Source: Cyanobacteria bacterium P01_A01_bin.123
GTDB lineage: Bacteria; Cyanobacteriota; Cyanobacteriia; Phormidesmidales; Phormidesmidaceae
Direction: 5' to 3'
DNA length: 64,000 nucleotides
Assembly (NCBI GenBank): GCA_039815185.1
Contig: JBCBZT010000017.1
Coordinates: 64,001-128,000, forward strand
Part shown: piece after piece, positions 39,700-49,310 of the stretch
How positions within the stretch are numbered: position 1 is the stretch's first letter
How the letters are laid out: each line of letters starts with the position of its first letter
The notes under the pieces: model-generated
Databases searched by the model: none
The model's input: only the letters and a program-made list of their open reading frames with translations
Told to the model about the DNA's origin: nothing
Made by a program: the position numbers and the translations under genes

Positions 39700-41982
39700 A
39701 TGACCAAACAACGCAAACTGATCATGGCCTTACAGGCCCTTTGTTTGACCGCTGGGTTGACGCTAACCCAAGGGTTAGAAATCCGTCCCGTGCTGGCTCA
39801 GAGCAGTGCGGTGCAAGCGGGCTATAGCTTTTTAGAGCGGGGCTGGGTAGACGATGCCATTCGCCAGTTTCAGCAGGCATTGCAACAACAGCCGCAATCT
39901 GTGGAGGCACGGTTAGGGCTGGCAATTGCCTACCAGCGAGCTGGGCAAGACGCTAATGCTTGGCAGGCTTATCAGCAAGTGCTGGCCCTCGAAGCGAATA
40001 ACCGTCAGGCCCTGGCTGCCGTCGGTGAACTGGGCGGCTATCGTTCGGAATGGCAAGCGCAGGGTATTGAAGCGCTCACCACGCTATTGCAACTTAACCC
40101 GAATGATTCTGGGGCTAGGGCACAACGGGCCTTACTGCTGGGCTACCAGGGACGCTTTGCAGAAGCGATCGCGGACTATGAGATTGTCCTAGCCGAGAAC
40201 CCCTCCCCCGAAACAGTTCTTGGTGCAGCCCAAATCTACACCTACAGCGGTAACACCAGCCAAGGGCTGGTGTTATTTGAGCAGTATCTGGCCAGTGGGC
40301 AGCCACTGACCGATGCTGGCGCCACTGCCTATGCCCAAACGTTGCAACAAGCCGACCGCACCCCAGAGGCGATCGCGCTGCTGAATCGACGGTTGCAAGC
40401 TGCGCCTGACTCCATTCAGCTCCGTGCGGCCCTGGCAGTGGCCTATCAACGCAATCAGCAAACCGAAGCGGCGTTAAACGTGATTGAACCCTTGCGCGAT
40501 CGCCCCGAGGCGGGTTTAACGTTAGCTCGGGCGTTGAGTCAGATTGCCCGTCAATCACAAGACTCGGGGCTTTATCGGGAAGCCGTTGCCCTTTACCAGC
40601 AGGCCCTAGGGTCAATGCCTAATCCCAACAGTGGGTTTGTGACTGAAGTGGCAGATGTGTTGAGTGAAGATCCGGGTTCTCAAGCGGAGGCGCTGCGACT
40701 CTACGACCAACTGCTGACTCAGTCTCCCAATCAACCTGATTTGCAAACCAAGCGACTGATTTTAGCCATGGCCCTCGGTCAGCTTTCACGGTCTGATTTA
40801 AATCAGCAGCTGTTGACCCTGTTGCAACCTATCCCCGACGGCGCTGTAACCCAGCAGCAAGTGGGGCAGGCCCTGATTCGCTTGGATAATCCAGACCCAA
40901 CGCTACTGCCGATCTATCAAGACCTGATTGCGGTAGACACCCCGGTTGATTTTCTCTACTTCCGCGTCGCCCAGATGTACCTGGCCCAGGACAATTGGGA
41001 AGCGGCTAGAGTGGCGATCGCGGCCTATCAAGCCACGCCTGCGGGCAGTCAAGACTTTGCCCCTGATTTGCTCCTGGCTGAATTAGAACGGCGACAAGGC
41101 AACCTAGACGCCAGCGCCCAGCAGTATGAGGCCATCCTCAGCCAAACCCAGTCTCCCCAAGTGACTGAAATGGCGCTCTTGGGACTCAGTGGTGTGCGCC
41201 AAAGCCAGCAGCGTTGGGACGACGCCCTGGCCGTCTATGAACAGCTCTTGAATCTCAATCCCCAAAGTGAGCGAGCCCAGCTCGGTCAGGCGTATCTCGC
41301 CTTGAGGCTGCGGCAGATTAGCCCTGATTTGGCAGAAGCTGTGCTGGAGGACTGGCTGGCCGAGCATCCTAATGTTACCCCGGCAGTTGTGGTGCCAGAG
41401 TTACTGGACTTGGTGGGCACATTGCCACCAACGGCAGGCCGCAAAGCCCTGTATGAAAACCTGCTGGCGATCGCCCCTGAGCATTTAGGTCTGAACCGTC
41501 GGTATGTGCAAGTCCTGGCGGCGGCAGACCGAGAGTTGGCATTGGCCTATGTGCAACAGCTCACCCCGTCAGACCCCACGCAAGTCGGGCTTTACTTTGT
41601 GCAAGGGGAAGCTGCCCAAACGCTGGGCGAACTCGCCTTGGCCAGCCAAGCTTACGAAGCGATTTTGGCTCAGCAACCTGACAATGTCGATGCGCTATCT
41701 GCCCTTGGGGGGGTTCGCTTTCAGCAGCGCCGTCTGAACGAAGCAGAAGTGATATACGAGCGAGTCTTAACCCTGAAGCCCAATGACTGGGAAACTCGCC
41801 GCATCTTAGCAGAATTAAACCTGGCTCAAGATCAACCGATTGCAGCTTTTCAACAGTTCAGCGAGCTGCAAGGGGATGAAACCGCCAGGAGTCTCGAACA
41901 GCCTCTAGAACACCGAATTCAGCACATCCAGCTGAATTTCCTCCGTCGCCGGGGATTTCAACCGCTATGGGAGCGGTATTAA
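39700..41982 (+). CDS. Exported TPR-repeat protein (BcsC TPR-like scaffold)
   Basis: Signal peptide ending PVLA; many TPR-like repeats; no beta-barrel; inside the bcs operon. Confidence 0.8.
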   Translation: MTKQRKLIMALQALCLTAGLTLTQGLEIRPVLAQSSAVQAGYSFLERGWVDDAIRQFQQALQQQPQSVEARLGLAIAYQRAGQDANAWQAYQQVLALEANNRQALAAVGELGGYRSEWQAQGIEALTTLLQLNPNDSGARAQRALLLGYQGRFAEAIADYEIVLAENPSPETVLGAAQIYTYSGNTSQGLVLFEQYLASGQPLTDAGATAYAQTLQQADRTPEAIALLNRRLQAAPDSIQLRAALAVAYQRNQQTEAALNVIEPLRDRPEAGLTLARALSQIARQSQDSGLYREAVALYQQALGSMPNPNSGFVTEVADVLSEDPGSQAEALRLYDQLLTQSPNQPDLQTKRLILAMALGQLSRSDLNQQLLTLLQPIPDGAVTQQQVGQALIRLDNPDPTLLPIYQDLIAVDTPVDFLYFRVAQMYLAQDNWEAARVAIAAYQATPAGSQDFAPDLLLAELERRQGNLDASAQQYEAILSQTQSPQVTEMALLGLSGVRQSQQRWDDALAVYEQLLNLNPQSERAQLGQAYLALRLRQISPDLAEAVLEDWLAEHPNVTPAVVVPELLDLVGTLPPTAGRKALYENLLAIAPEHLGLNRRYVQVLAAADRELALAYVQQLTPSDPTQVGLYFVQGEAAQTLGELALASQAYEAILAQQPDNVDALSALGGVRFQQRRLNEAEVIYERVLTLKPNDWETRRILAELNLAQDQPIAAFQQFSELQGDETARSLEQPLEHRIQHIQLNFLRRRGFQPLWERY

Positions 41983-42029
41983 CCCATCTCTCTGCCAACC
42001 TGCATCTTTAAAACCTGACCAAAGCCATC

Positions 42030-44414
42030 ATGAAACGTCTTCAAACTGCTGTTGCTGTAATTTTCCATCGGCGATCGCGCCCCTGGCAGCTCGGTCTTTT
42101 AACCTGCTGTTTGGTGCTACAGCTTAGCCTAGGCAGCATCCCCGTTTACAGCCAATCTGAATCGGCCCCAGCGACCAGCCCTCAACCCCCAGCCTCTACC
42201 CCGGCAGTGGAATCGCAGTCAGGCTCAGACTCTGGGCGAGCCGCCATCACGCTACCCGAAACGAGCGGAGAATCACCCATTGTTAAAGCCTCTCCACCCG
42301 GAGAGTACGTGCTGGAGTTCAATCGCAGTCCCGTGGTCGAAGACCGACTGCGGTTTGAAGGCATTTATGACGAAGCACGGCTGTGGTTTACCCGTCCCCG
42401 TGATTGGGAAACCCAGTCGGTTAAAGTGCTGCTGCGCTATCGCCATTCGGCAGCGCTCTATGCCACCCGCTCGAACATGACCGTGCTGGTCAACGGCACC
42501 AATATTGGCAGTGCGCCGCTCAACCGTAAACAAGGGGAACTGGGTGACGCCGTTTTTGAAATTCCTCCCCGGCTGATTCGTGACTACAACGAGCTGGTGG
42601 TCGCCGCCCTGCAAAACAACTCACCCACCTGTACCCAAGACCCCTTTGATCCGTCGTTATGGTCTGAGGTGCTGCCCGACTCTAAGCTGGTATTTGACTT
42701 TGAACCCCAGCCCGTCACCCTCGACTTTCAGCAATATCCCTACCCGATTGTGGATGTGTTGAGCTTAGAGCCCAACCAAATCACTTATCTCAAACCCACT
42801 GAGCTTGAAGAAACTTGGCTGACGTCATCGAGTCGTTTGCATAGCAGCCTCGGTCGCATCGTTGACTACCGCCCGCTCGATACCCGGCTGATTGAGGACT
42901 TGAGTCAGCTCGAAACCGATGGGCAACTGGTGATTATCGGCACCCCAGCAAGCCAACCCACGTTGGCCGAATTAGACCTACCCCTTGCATTTGAAGAGAA
43001 TCAGCTGCTTGATAGTGACGGCCAGCCCTTGCCGGATGATGTTGGTGTGCTAGTGCTGACAACGGCATTAGATAATCAGGTGCCCGTGTTAGTGGCCACC
43101 GGCAATGGTTCGGCTGGCGTTGCGAAAGCCGTTCAGTTTTTGGTGCAGGGTCGTGACGAGGCGATCGGTACAGGTCAGGCCATTTTAGTGGATCAACTCA
43201 CTGAAGTTCCCACCCCTGAACCGCGCCATTGGCCCGAGTATTTACCCCCGGAGGACACCTTTCAACTGCAGGAGCTGAACAGGTTTAATCAGGAGCCGTT
43301 TGAGGATGTCACCGTTTGGGGCTCCCAGTCTCCCGCGTTGGAATTTGACTTTCGCGCCCTTCCCGATGACCAGTTCTTACCGGGCAGCATCATGCGGTTG
43401 AACTATAGCTATGGGCCGCAAATTAATACGCTGACGTCCCAGGTAGAAGTTACCGTTGACGGGGTTGCCGTGGGTGGCGAACGCCTGCGTTCAGAAGATG
43501 GTGGCACGCGGGAAAGTATTCAGCTCAGTTTGTCGCCAGATTTGATCAGGCCCCATTCCAAAATGCGGGTCAACTTTCGCCTCGATCCCCGTGAGCGTCG
43601 CTCTTGCAGCCGCGTCACTGACCAACAGCTTTGGGGGACAATCCACGCCGATACCGAATTTGAACTGGTTCGCGAGGTTGCAGCTTGGCTACCGGATCTA
43701 AAGCTCTTGCAGGACGGGTTTCCATTTGCAGCCCCGCAGGATCTGTCACAAACTGCCATTACGTTGCCTGATGTGCCTACCGATCACGATCTATTGCTGA
43801 TGCTGGAAATGAGTGAACGCTTAGGACGACTCAGTCAAGCCGAGTCGATTCAGCTAGCGACCTATCGAACCAGCCAGGTGACGGCGGCTATAAAACAAGA
43901 TCACCATTTGATTGCCATTGGTACCCAAGCAGACTTTCCGTTCCCCGAGGTGTTTGAACAAGAAGGCTTTCAGCTCGGTAGCGGCTCCACTCGCGAGTTG
44001 CAACAAACTCGGATTCAAACCCTTCCAGACGACGAGGGTATGGTGAAGCAAATTCGCTCTCCTTGGAACCCAGAGCGGATAGTGCTCGCCCTGAGTGGGC
44101 AAAACGCGACGGGCTTAGATCATGTACGCAACCTGCTGGATCAAGATTCACTGTTTTATCAGCTCGAAGGCGATACGGTTTTGATTAGCGCCAGTGACCC
44201 AACGCCAGATCCCTATGATCCTGACGCCTACAGCCTGACCGTTTTACAGCAGACCCAGCAGCAGCGTACCTCCCTTGAAAAGCAACCCCGACAATTGCTC
44301 CTGCGGCTGCAGCGCAACTGGCTCTTTGTCTCAGCAGGTACGATCATCGCTGCTCTGATGTTCTACGGTATCGCCCTGCAGTTCCTCAAGCGACTCTCTC
44401 AGCCCGATACCTAG
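42030..44414 (+). CDS. bcsB: Cellulose synthase periplasmic subunit BcsB
   Basis: Signal peptide; two CBD/flavodoxin-like halves (SNMTVLVNG; LWGTIHADT; LPDL..GFPF; SPWN.ER.VL); single C-terminal TM; precedes bcsA. Confidence 0.85.
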   Translation: MKRLQTAVAVIFHRRSRPWQLGLLTCCLVLQLSLGSIPVYSQSESAPATSPQPPASTPAVESQSGSDSGRAAITLPETSGESPIVKASPPGEYVLEFNRSPVVEDRLRFEGIYDEARLWFTRPRDWETQSVKVLLRYRHSAALYATRSNMTVLVNGTNIGSAPLNRKQGELGDAVFEIPPRLIRDYNELVVAALQNNSPTCTQDPFDPSLWSEVLPDSKLVFDFEPQPVTLDFQQYPYPIVDVLSLEPNQITYLKPTELEETWLTSSSRLHSSLGRIVDYRPLDTRLIEDLSQLETDGQLVIIGTPASQPTLAELDLPLAFEENQLLDSDGQPLPDDVGVLVLTTALDNQVPVLVATGNGSAGVAKAVQFLVQGRDEAIGTGQAILVDQLTEVPTPEPRHWPEYLPPEDTFQLQELNRFNQEPFEDVTVWGSQSPALEFDFRALPDDQFLPGSIMRLNYSYGPQINTLTSQVEVTVDGVAVGGERLRSEDGGTRESIQLSLSPDLIRPHSKMRVNFRLDPRERRSCSRVTDQQLWGTIHADTEFELVREVAAWLPDLKLLQDGFPFAAPQDLSQTAITLPDVPTDHDLLLMLEMSERLGRLSQAESIQLATYRTSQVTAAIKQDHHLIAIGTQADFPFPEVFEQEGFQLGSGSTRELQQTRIQTLPDDEGMVKQIRSPWNPERIVLALSGQNATGLDHVRNLLDQDSLFYQLEGDTVLISASDPTPDPYDPDAYSLTVLQQTQQQRTSLEKQPRQLLLRLQRNWLFVSAGTIIAALMFYGIALQFLKRLSQPDT

Positions 44415-44558
44415 GGACAGCAATCCAGTTTCTGCTGCCAGACGTCTAACGGTTGTGAATCTGCTCAAGAAACCCGGTTTCTCAGCATCGGCAGGGCAGG
44501 CCTGCCCCTTTCCCTCCCTCTCCCCATCCCCATCCCCATCCCGCCAAACCAGCATCCC

Positions 44559-47183
44559 ATGGTCAGCTTGTTGCCTAAAAAACGTCGTCCTTCTATCCTT
44601 CGTCGCTCCCTACATTTGCCATGGCGACTGCTAAGTGCTTTAATCCACCATTTTCTGGTCAATCAACTCCCTACAAATTTCAATTTGATTTTGCAATGGC
44701 TGAATCGACAACAGCTATTTCTGCTGTTCGGGGCGGTGGCCGTGCTTTGCATCCCTTTAATCACGGCACGGCCTAGCATTTTGCAACAAGGGTTGATTAC
44801 CTTACTGCTCGTTGGCATTGGCCAGGTTGTCTTGCGCATGGAAGAGCAGACCCAGGAAACCCGGACCTCGGAAGCGCTGCATCTGATCCTGGTAGCGCTG
44901 AGTCTGATGACAACGGGGCGGTATTTGTATTACCGCAGCCAATACACGCTCAACTTTGATAATTGGGTGTCTACAGTCTTTTGCCTGTTGCTGTTTGGGG
45001 CTGAGCTGTATGCGATCTTTACCTTGATGTTGACCTACTTTCAGACCCTCAAACTGAAAGAGCGTCGGCCGCTGGATTTATCCACGATTCCCGTTGAGCA
45101 GTGGCCCAAAGTGGACATCTATATTCCCACCTATAACGAGGATGTTGAAATTGTCCGCAAGACAGTACTAGGTGCCCTTGAAACGGACTATGCCCGTGAT
45201 CGAAAGCAGATCTATGTGCTGGATGATGGCCGTAAATACCCAGAGCGGCGGGCACAGCTCCAGCAGATGTGTGATGAACTCGGGGCCCAAATGCTAGTGC
45301 GGGATAATAATGACCACGCTAAAGCAGGCAACATCAATACAGCGCTCCAGCGGACTGGTGGTGATTTAGTGTTGATTCTCGATTGCGACCACATCCCGGC
45401 ACGCAACATTCTTAAAGAAACGGTTGGCTTCTTTGAAAATCAAAGGGTTTCACTGGTTCAGACGCCGCATTGGTTTTATAACCCCGATCCGTTTGAGCGC
45501 AACCTGTTGACGCAAGGGCAGGTTCCGGTCGGCAATGAGCTGTTTTATAAAGTACTGCAGCGGGGCAATGATTTTTGGAATGCGTCTTTTTTCTGTGGTT
45601 CAGCCGCAGTGATTCGACGACAGCATCTATTGCAAATTGGCGGCATTGCCACCGAAACAGTGACGGAAGACTGCCATACGGCTTTGCGACTGCACTCATT
45701 GGGCTATGAGACAGTCTACTACGACAAAATTATGGTGGCGGGGTTAGCGCCGGAGAAGTTTTCTGCTTATATCGGCCAGCAGGTGCGTTGGGCTCGGGGC
45801 ATGGCTCAGATTTTGCGCCTCGAAAATCCGTTGTTTAACCGCAAACTGAAGCTGCGATTGCCCCAGCGTCTTTGCTACTTTAGCGCTACGTCACACTTCT
45901 TTTTTGGGTTTCCGCGTCTAATGTATGCGATCGCCCCCAATTTGTTTTTGCTCTTTGGTATTAGTGCAGTTAAGGGTTTGGGCTTAGAAACGCTCTTCTA
46001 TGCATTGCCGCACATTGTCTTGTCGATGCAGACTAACCACATTCCCTATAAGCATGTGCGTTTTTCCTTTTGGAATGAGATCTACGAATTTGCCCTGTCT
46101 TTTCAGGCGGGTCTTGTCACGCTTTTCGCACTGGTCAATCCTCAGCTTGGGTCTTTCAACGTAACCGATAAAGGGTTGACCGTTGAAGAGCGCAGCTTTG
46201 ATTTGGATTCAGTCCGTTACCTGGTCATCTTAGGGGTGATTACAGGGGCGTCGTTGCTGACGATTCCGTTTTGGCTGATTCTCAGCCCGACGGATACACA
46301 GGCTGTGCTGGTCAATGCGCTGTGGTGCGTGTTTAATTTGCTGTTGGTGGTGGCGGCTTGTCTGGCTGCCTTTGAACAACCCCAACTCCGGCAGGCGCAT
46401 CGGCTACCCCGCAAGTTGACTGCGATCATCCACAGTGAGGGCCAGAGTTGGACTGGCCAAACCCTCAACGTCAGTGAGAATGGGTCTCAAATCTGCATGG
46501 ATGTGTGGCCCAATATTGCTGATCAAGTGAAGGTTGAGTTGGTTGGTGACTATGGGATGCGGGTCTTGCTGGATGCCAACGTGGTCAGGGCAACTGCGAC
46601 GTCGAAGCTGCAAACCATACTGGCAGTCGAGTTTGTTAATCTGAGCCGGACTCAGCTAGATGATTTGGTAGTCGTGATCTATGCCGATGTGAATGAGTGG
46701 TATTCCCAGCATCGGATCGAGCAGGATAATCCGTTGCAGTCTCTGGGCTTTATTTTTACCAGCCTGAAGCGAGCCTTTAAGGAGTTTCAGCCAGAGCGTG
46801 GCGTCAAGATGCGTAAACGAGTCACGGCAACTGCGGAACTTTACTGGGAAGGGTGGGGGGATAACGCACTCACGGCTCAGGTCACCGAAATCAGTTCCCA
46901 AGAGTTGCGGGCTGAACTGGAAACTGAAGTGGATTTGAATTTAGCAGACTTGGAGGCAGCTCAGGCGCTGCTAGGACTCATCGTGGGTCAATCTGAAGCC
47001 GACTTAGGCGCCCAAAGTTTGTTGGCCCAAGTGATGCGGGTTGAGGTCGTACCAATCGGGGGGTCGCTGCTCGCTCGGTCTGAGAGCGTTCAAAAACGGA
47101 TTGTTTTAGAGCTGCGCTTTCCAGAAATGTTTGCAGAAACACAGCAGGCCAAAATTAAACAATTGCTGCGATCGCTGAATTGA
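44559..47183 (+). CDS. bcsA: Cellulose synthase catalytic subunit (GT2) with PilZ domain
   Basis: PTYNE, DDG, HAKAGN, DCD, QTPH, FFCGS, TED, QQVRW, FNVTDK; PilZ motifs RQAHR and NVSENG. Confidence 0.92.
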   Translation: MVSLLPKKRRPSILRRSLHLPWRLLSALIHHFLVNQLPTNFNLILQWLNRQQLFLLFGAVAVLCIPLITARPSILQQGLITLLLVGIGQVVLRMEEQTQETRTSEALHLILVALSLMTTGRYLYYRSQYTLNFDNWVSTVFCLLLFGAELYAIFTLMLTYFQTLKLKERRPLDLSTIPVEQWPKVDIYIPTYNEDVEIVRKTVLGALETDYARDRKQIYVLDDGRKYPERRAQLQQMCDELGAQMLVRDNNDHAKAGNINTALQRTGGDLVLILDCDHIPARNILKETVGFFENQRVSLVQTPHWFYNPDPFERNLLTQGQVPVGNELFYKVLQRGNDFWNASFFCGSAAVIRRQHLLQIGGIATETVTEDCHTALRLHSLGYETVYYDKIMVAGLAPEKFSAYIGQQVRWARGMAQILRLENPLFNRKLKLRLPQRLCYFSATSHFFFGFPRLMYAIAPNLFLLFGISAVKGLGLETLFYALPHIVLSMQTNHIPYKHVRFSFWNEIYEFALSFQAGLVTLFALVNPQLGSFNVTDKGLTVEERSFDLDSVRYLVILGVITGASLLTIPFWLILSPTDTQAVLVNALWCVFNLLLVVAACLAAFEQPQLRQAHRLPRKLTAIIHSEGQSWTGQTLNVSENGSQICMDVWPNIADQVKVELVGDYGMRVLLDANVVRATATSKLQTILAVEFVNLSRTQLDDLVVVIYADVNEWYSQHRIEQDNPLQSLGFIFTSLKRAFKEFQPERGVKMRKRVTATAELYWEGWGDNALTAQVTEISSQELRAELETEVDLNLADLEAAQALLGLIVGQSEADLGAQSLLAQVMRVEVVPIGGSLLARSESVQKRIVLELRFPEMFAETQQAKIKQLLRSLN

Positions 47184-47250
47184 TTGGGCCTCGATATCTC
47201 AGCCACAATCTGCCCTGATTATTGCTCCCCATTTATCCCGTTTTGCTGTC

Positions 47251-48024
47251 ATGATAGAGAATTTTGAACCGATGATTGCCCCTTGGAGACTGTTGAGACA
47301 CTTAGCAACGGGTTGTTTGATCGCGGCGATCGCGGTGAGTTGCACCCCCTGGCAATCGATCGGGTTGCGGCCTCGGCATAACCTCAGCAATGCTAGCTTG
47401 GACATCCAGGTGGAGCCGACGACAAAGCCTGGACAATACGCAATCTCAGGTACTGCTGATTTACCTCAAGGGACAGAACTGACGGTTGCGGCTATTCGCT
47501 ATCTGCACCCGAGTCAGGCCCCTAGGGAAACAGTCAATCCCAAACCGACGTACTCAATCTTGGCTTATGACAGCGTCGAAATTGAAGGCGATCGCTGGCA
47601 AACGCAATTGTCCCTCTGGCGAGCGGCTACCAATGGTGAGTTTAAGGAAGTTTGGCAACTCAACGAACCCGAACTAGAACTGACCGTCGAACCAGACGCC
47701 CAAGTCATGTTTCTGGCGACCCTAGGCCCGATTTATAGTCTGCAAGCCATTGAGCAACAACTGGCGCTTGAAAATCGGCAATTTGCCAGCCGATTTATCC
47801 AAATCACGTCAGAGGGAGGCCGCTATTTGCAAACGAGTCAGGTGCTCGCTATTGAGCTACCGACGGGTACCACTACCCCCGTAGGCACTCGACCCGAGGA
47901 TATCAATGGGGGTTGGGGTAATCGCTATTTACCCCTGCCCGATTTACCCAACACCCGTCAGCTAGAGTTTCCCGATCATCGTCAAACCAATGCCCCGGTT
48001 GCCCGCGAAGAGTTGTTGTATTAA
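47251..48024 (+). CDS. Hypothetical lipoprotein, last gene of the bcs operon
   Basis: Lipobox-like IAVSC after a hydrophobic stretch; beta-rich body; 67 nt after bcsA; start may be 47272. Confidence 0.65.
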   Translation: MIENFEPMIAPWRLLRHLATGCLIAAIAVSCTPWQSIGLRPRHNLSNASLDIQVEPTTKPGQYAISGTADLPQGTELTVAAIRYLHPSQAPRETVNPKPTYSILAYDSVEIEGDRWQTQLSLWRAATNGEFKEVWQLNEPELELTVEPDAQVMFLATLGPIYSLQAIEQQLALENRQFASRFIQITSEGGRYLQTSQVLAIELPTGTTTPVGTRPEDINGGWGNRYLPLPDLPNTRQLEFPDHRQTNAPVAREELLY

Positions 48025-48031
48025 CCCTTGT

Positions 48032-48091
48032 CCAAGTCCAGTCCTGGGGGTTTTGTCTGTGGGAAAACGCCACCTCCCGAACTGGACTTGG
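48032..48091. terminator. Stem-loop between convergent genes at the end of the bcs operon
   Basis: CCAAGTCCAGT (48032-48042) / ACTGGACTTGG (48081-48091), enclosing further partial pairing. Confidence 0.45.
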
Positions 48092-48102
48092 TTGAATCCA
48101 TT

Positions 48103-48870
48103 CTACTGGCCGTCGCCAGATAGCAAGAGAATGTCGTCGCTGCCGCTGTAGTTGCTGCCATCGGGCAAAATTGCGCCCTCTAGCTGCACGCCCGCTAGAT
48201 TTGCCCCTTGAAAATTGGCGTCGGTTAAATCTGTGTAGCGCAAATCAGCCCCTTGCAGGTTTGCCCCTTGAAAATTGGCGTCGCGCAAAATTGCCCCGTA
48301 GAGACTCGCATTGGTTAACTCGGCATTTTGCAGTGTGGCGTTATTGAGTGCTGCTTCTCGCAGTTCTACTCCGGTCAAAATGGCTTGATCTAAATTGGCT
48401 TGAATCAGATTAATAGCCATCAGCTGCGATCGCGTTAAATCAGCCTGACTCAAATTTGCCTTGCCAAAATCAGCGCCAATAGCCTTGACTTCGATCAGCT
48501 GAGCTGATTCAAGCTGGGCTTGATATAAAACCGCATTGACCAGCTGACTTTGCGAAAAATTGGTCTGGGTCAAATTTGCCCGACTTAAATTGGTGCGGCT
48601 GAGATCAAGGTCGCTGAGATCTGCCCCAGCCAGACTACAGTCCATACAGTTATTAGTTGCTTGTAGTTGATCGATCTGGCTAAGTTGCGCTGGCGCGATC
48701 GCCGCTGGTTCGATATTTGATTGATTGATCGTGGCAGTCTCGGTGGCAGTTTGAACTATTTCTTGAGGCTCAGATTCAGCCGACTCTTCAGCCTCAGACA
48801 AGGTATAAACTGCGATCGGCGCGATCGTAGCAGCGATCAGTCCGCCCAACAAAAAGGTATTGAAATTCAT
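48103..48870 (-). CDS. Pentapeptide repeat protein, exported or membrane anchored
   Basis: Hydrophobic N-terminus; CMDC then A(D/N)LXX repeats; ends AILPDG. Confidence 0.9.
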   Translation of the reverse strand: MNFNTFLLGGLIAATIAPIAVYTLSEAEESAESEPQEIVQTATETATINQSNIEPAAIAPAQLSQIDQLQATNNCMDCSLAGADLSDLDLSRTNLSRANLTQTNFSQSQLVNAVLYQAQLESAQLIEVKAIGADFGKANLSQADLTRSQLMAINLIQANLDQAILTGVELREAALNNATLQNAELTNASLYGAILRDANFQGANLQGADLRYTDLTDANFQGANLAGVQLEGAILPDGSNYSGSDDILLLSGDGQ

Positions 48871-49310
48871 GGTTCAAAATTGGATGACAATATGTAGCGC
48901 CTTGGGTTGGCTTTAAGACTACTTTATGGCGCTTGATATCTTCTTCGTAATTAGCCAGTTTTTCCCGAATACATCCCTTAAAAGTATTGTTAATCTTGAC
49001 ACTTTAAAGTTTGGGTAATTAGACCCAAACTTTACCCGATATTTAAACTCATACAGGTTTAATACCTAGAAGAGTACGTATAATAAAGTAGTGCTCTAGC
49101 TGGTCAATATAAATAATCAGGGAAATACCCAGCTTAAACAACATCTGATGTGAAAACTTAGGTTTTGAGTTAGATAAAGCTGCGGACTCAGTGCGGGTCA
49201 AAATTTAGAGGATTGACGCGCTAAGCAACCGCTCGGAAATCCTCAAATACTGATTTCAAAATGGTTGGTAGGAACCCATTTTATTCAGTGACGTTCTTTA
49301 ATATTCGGGT

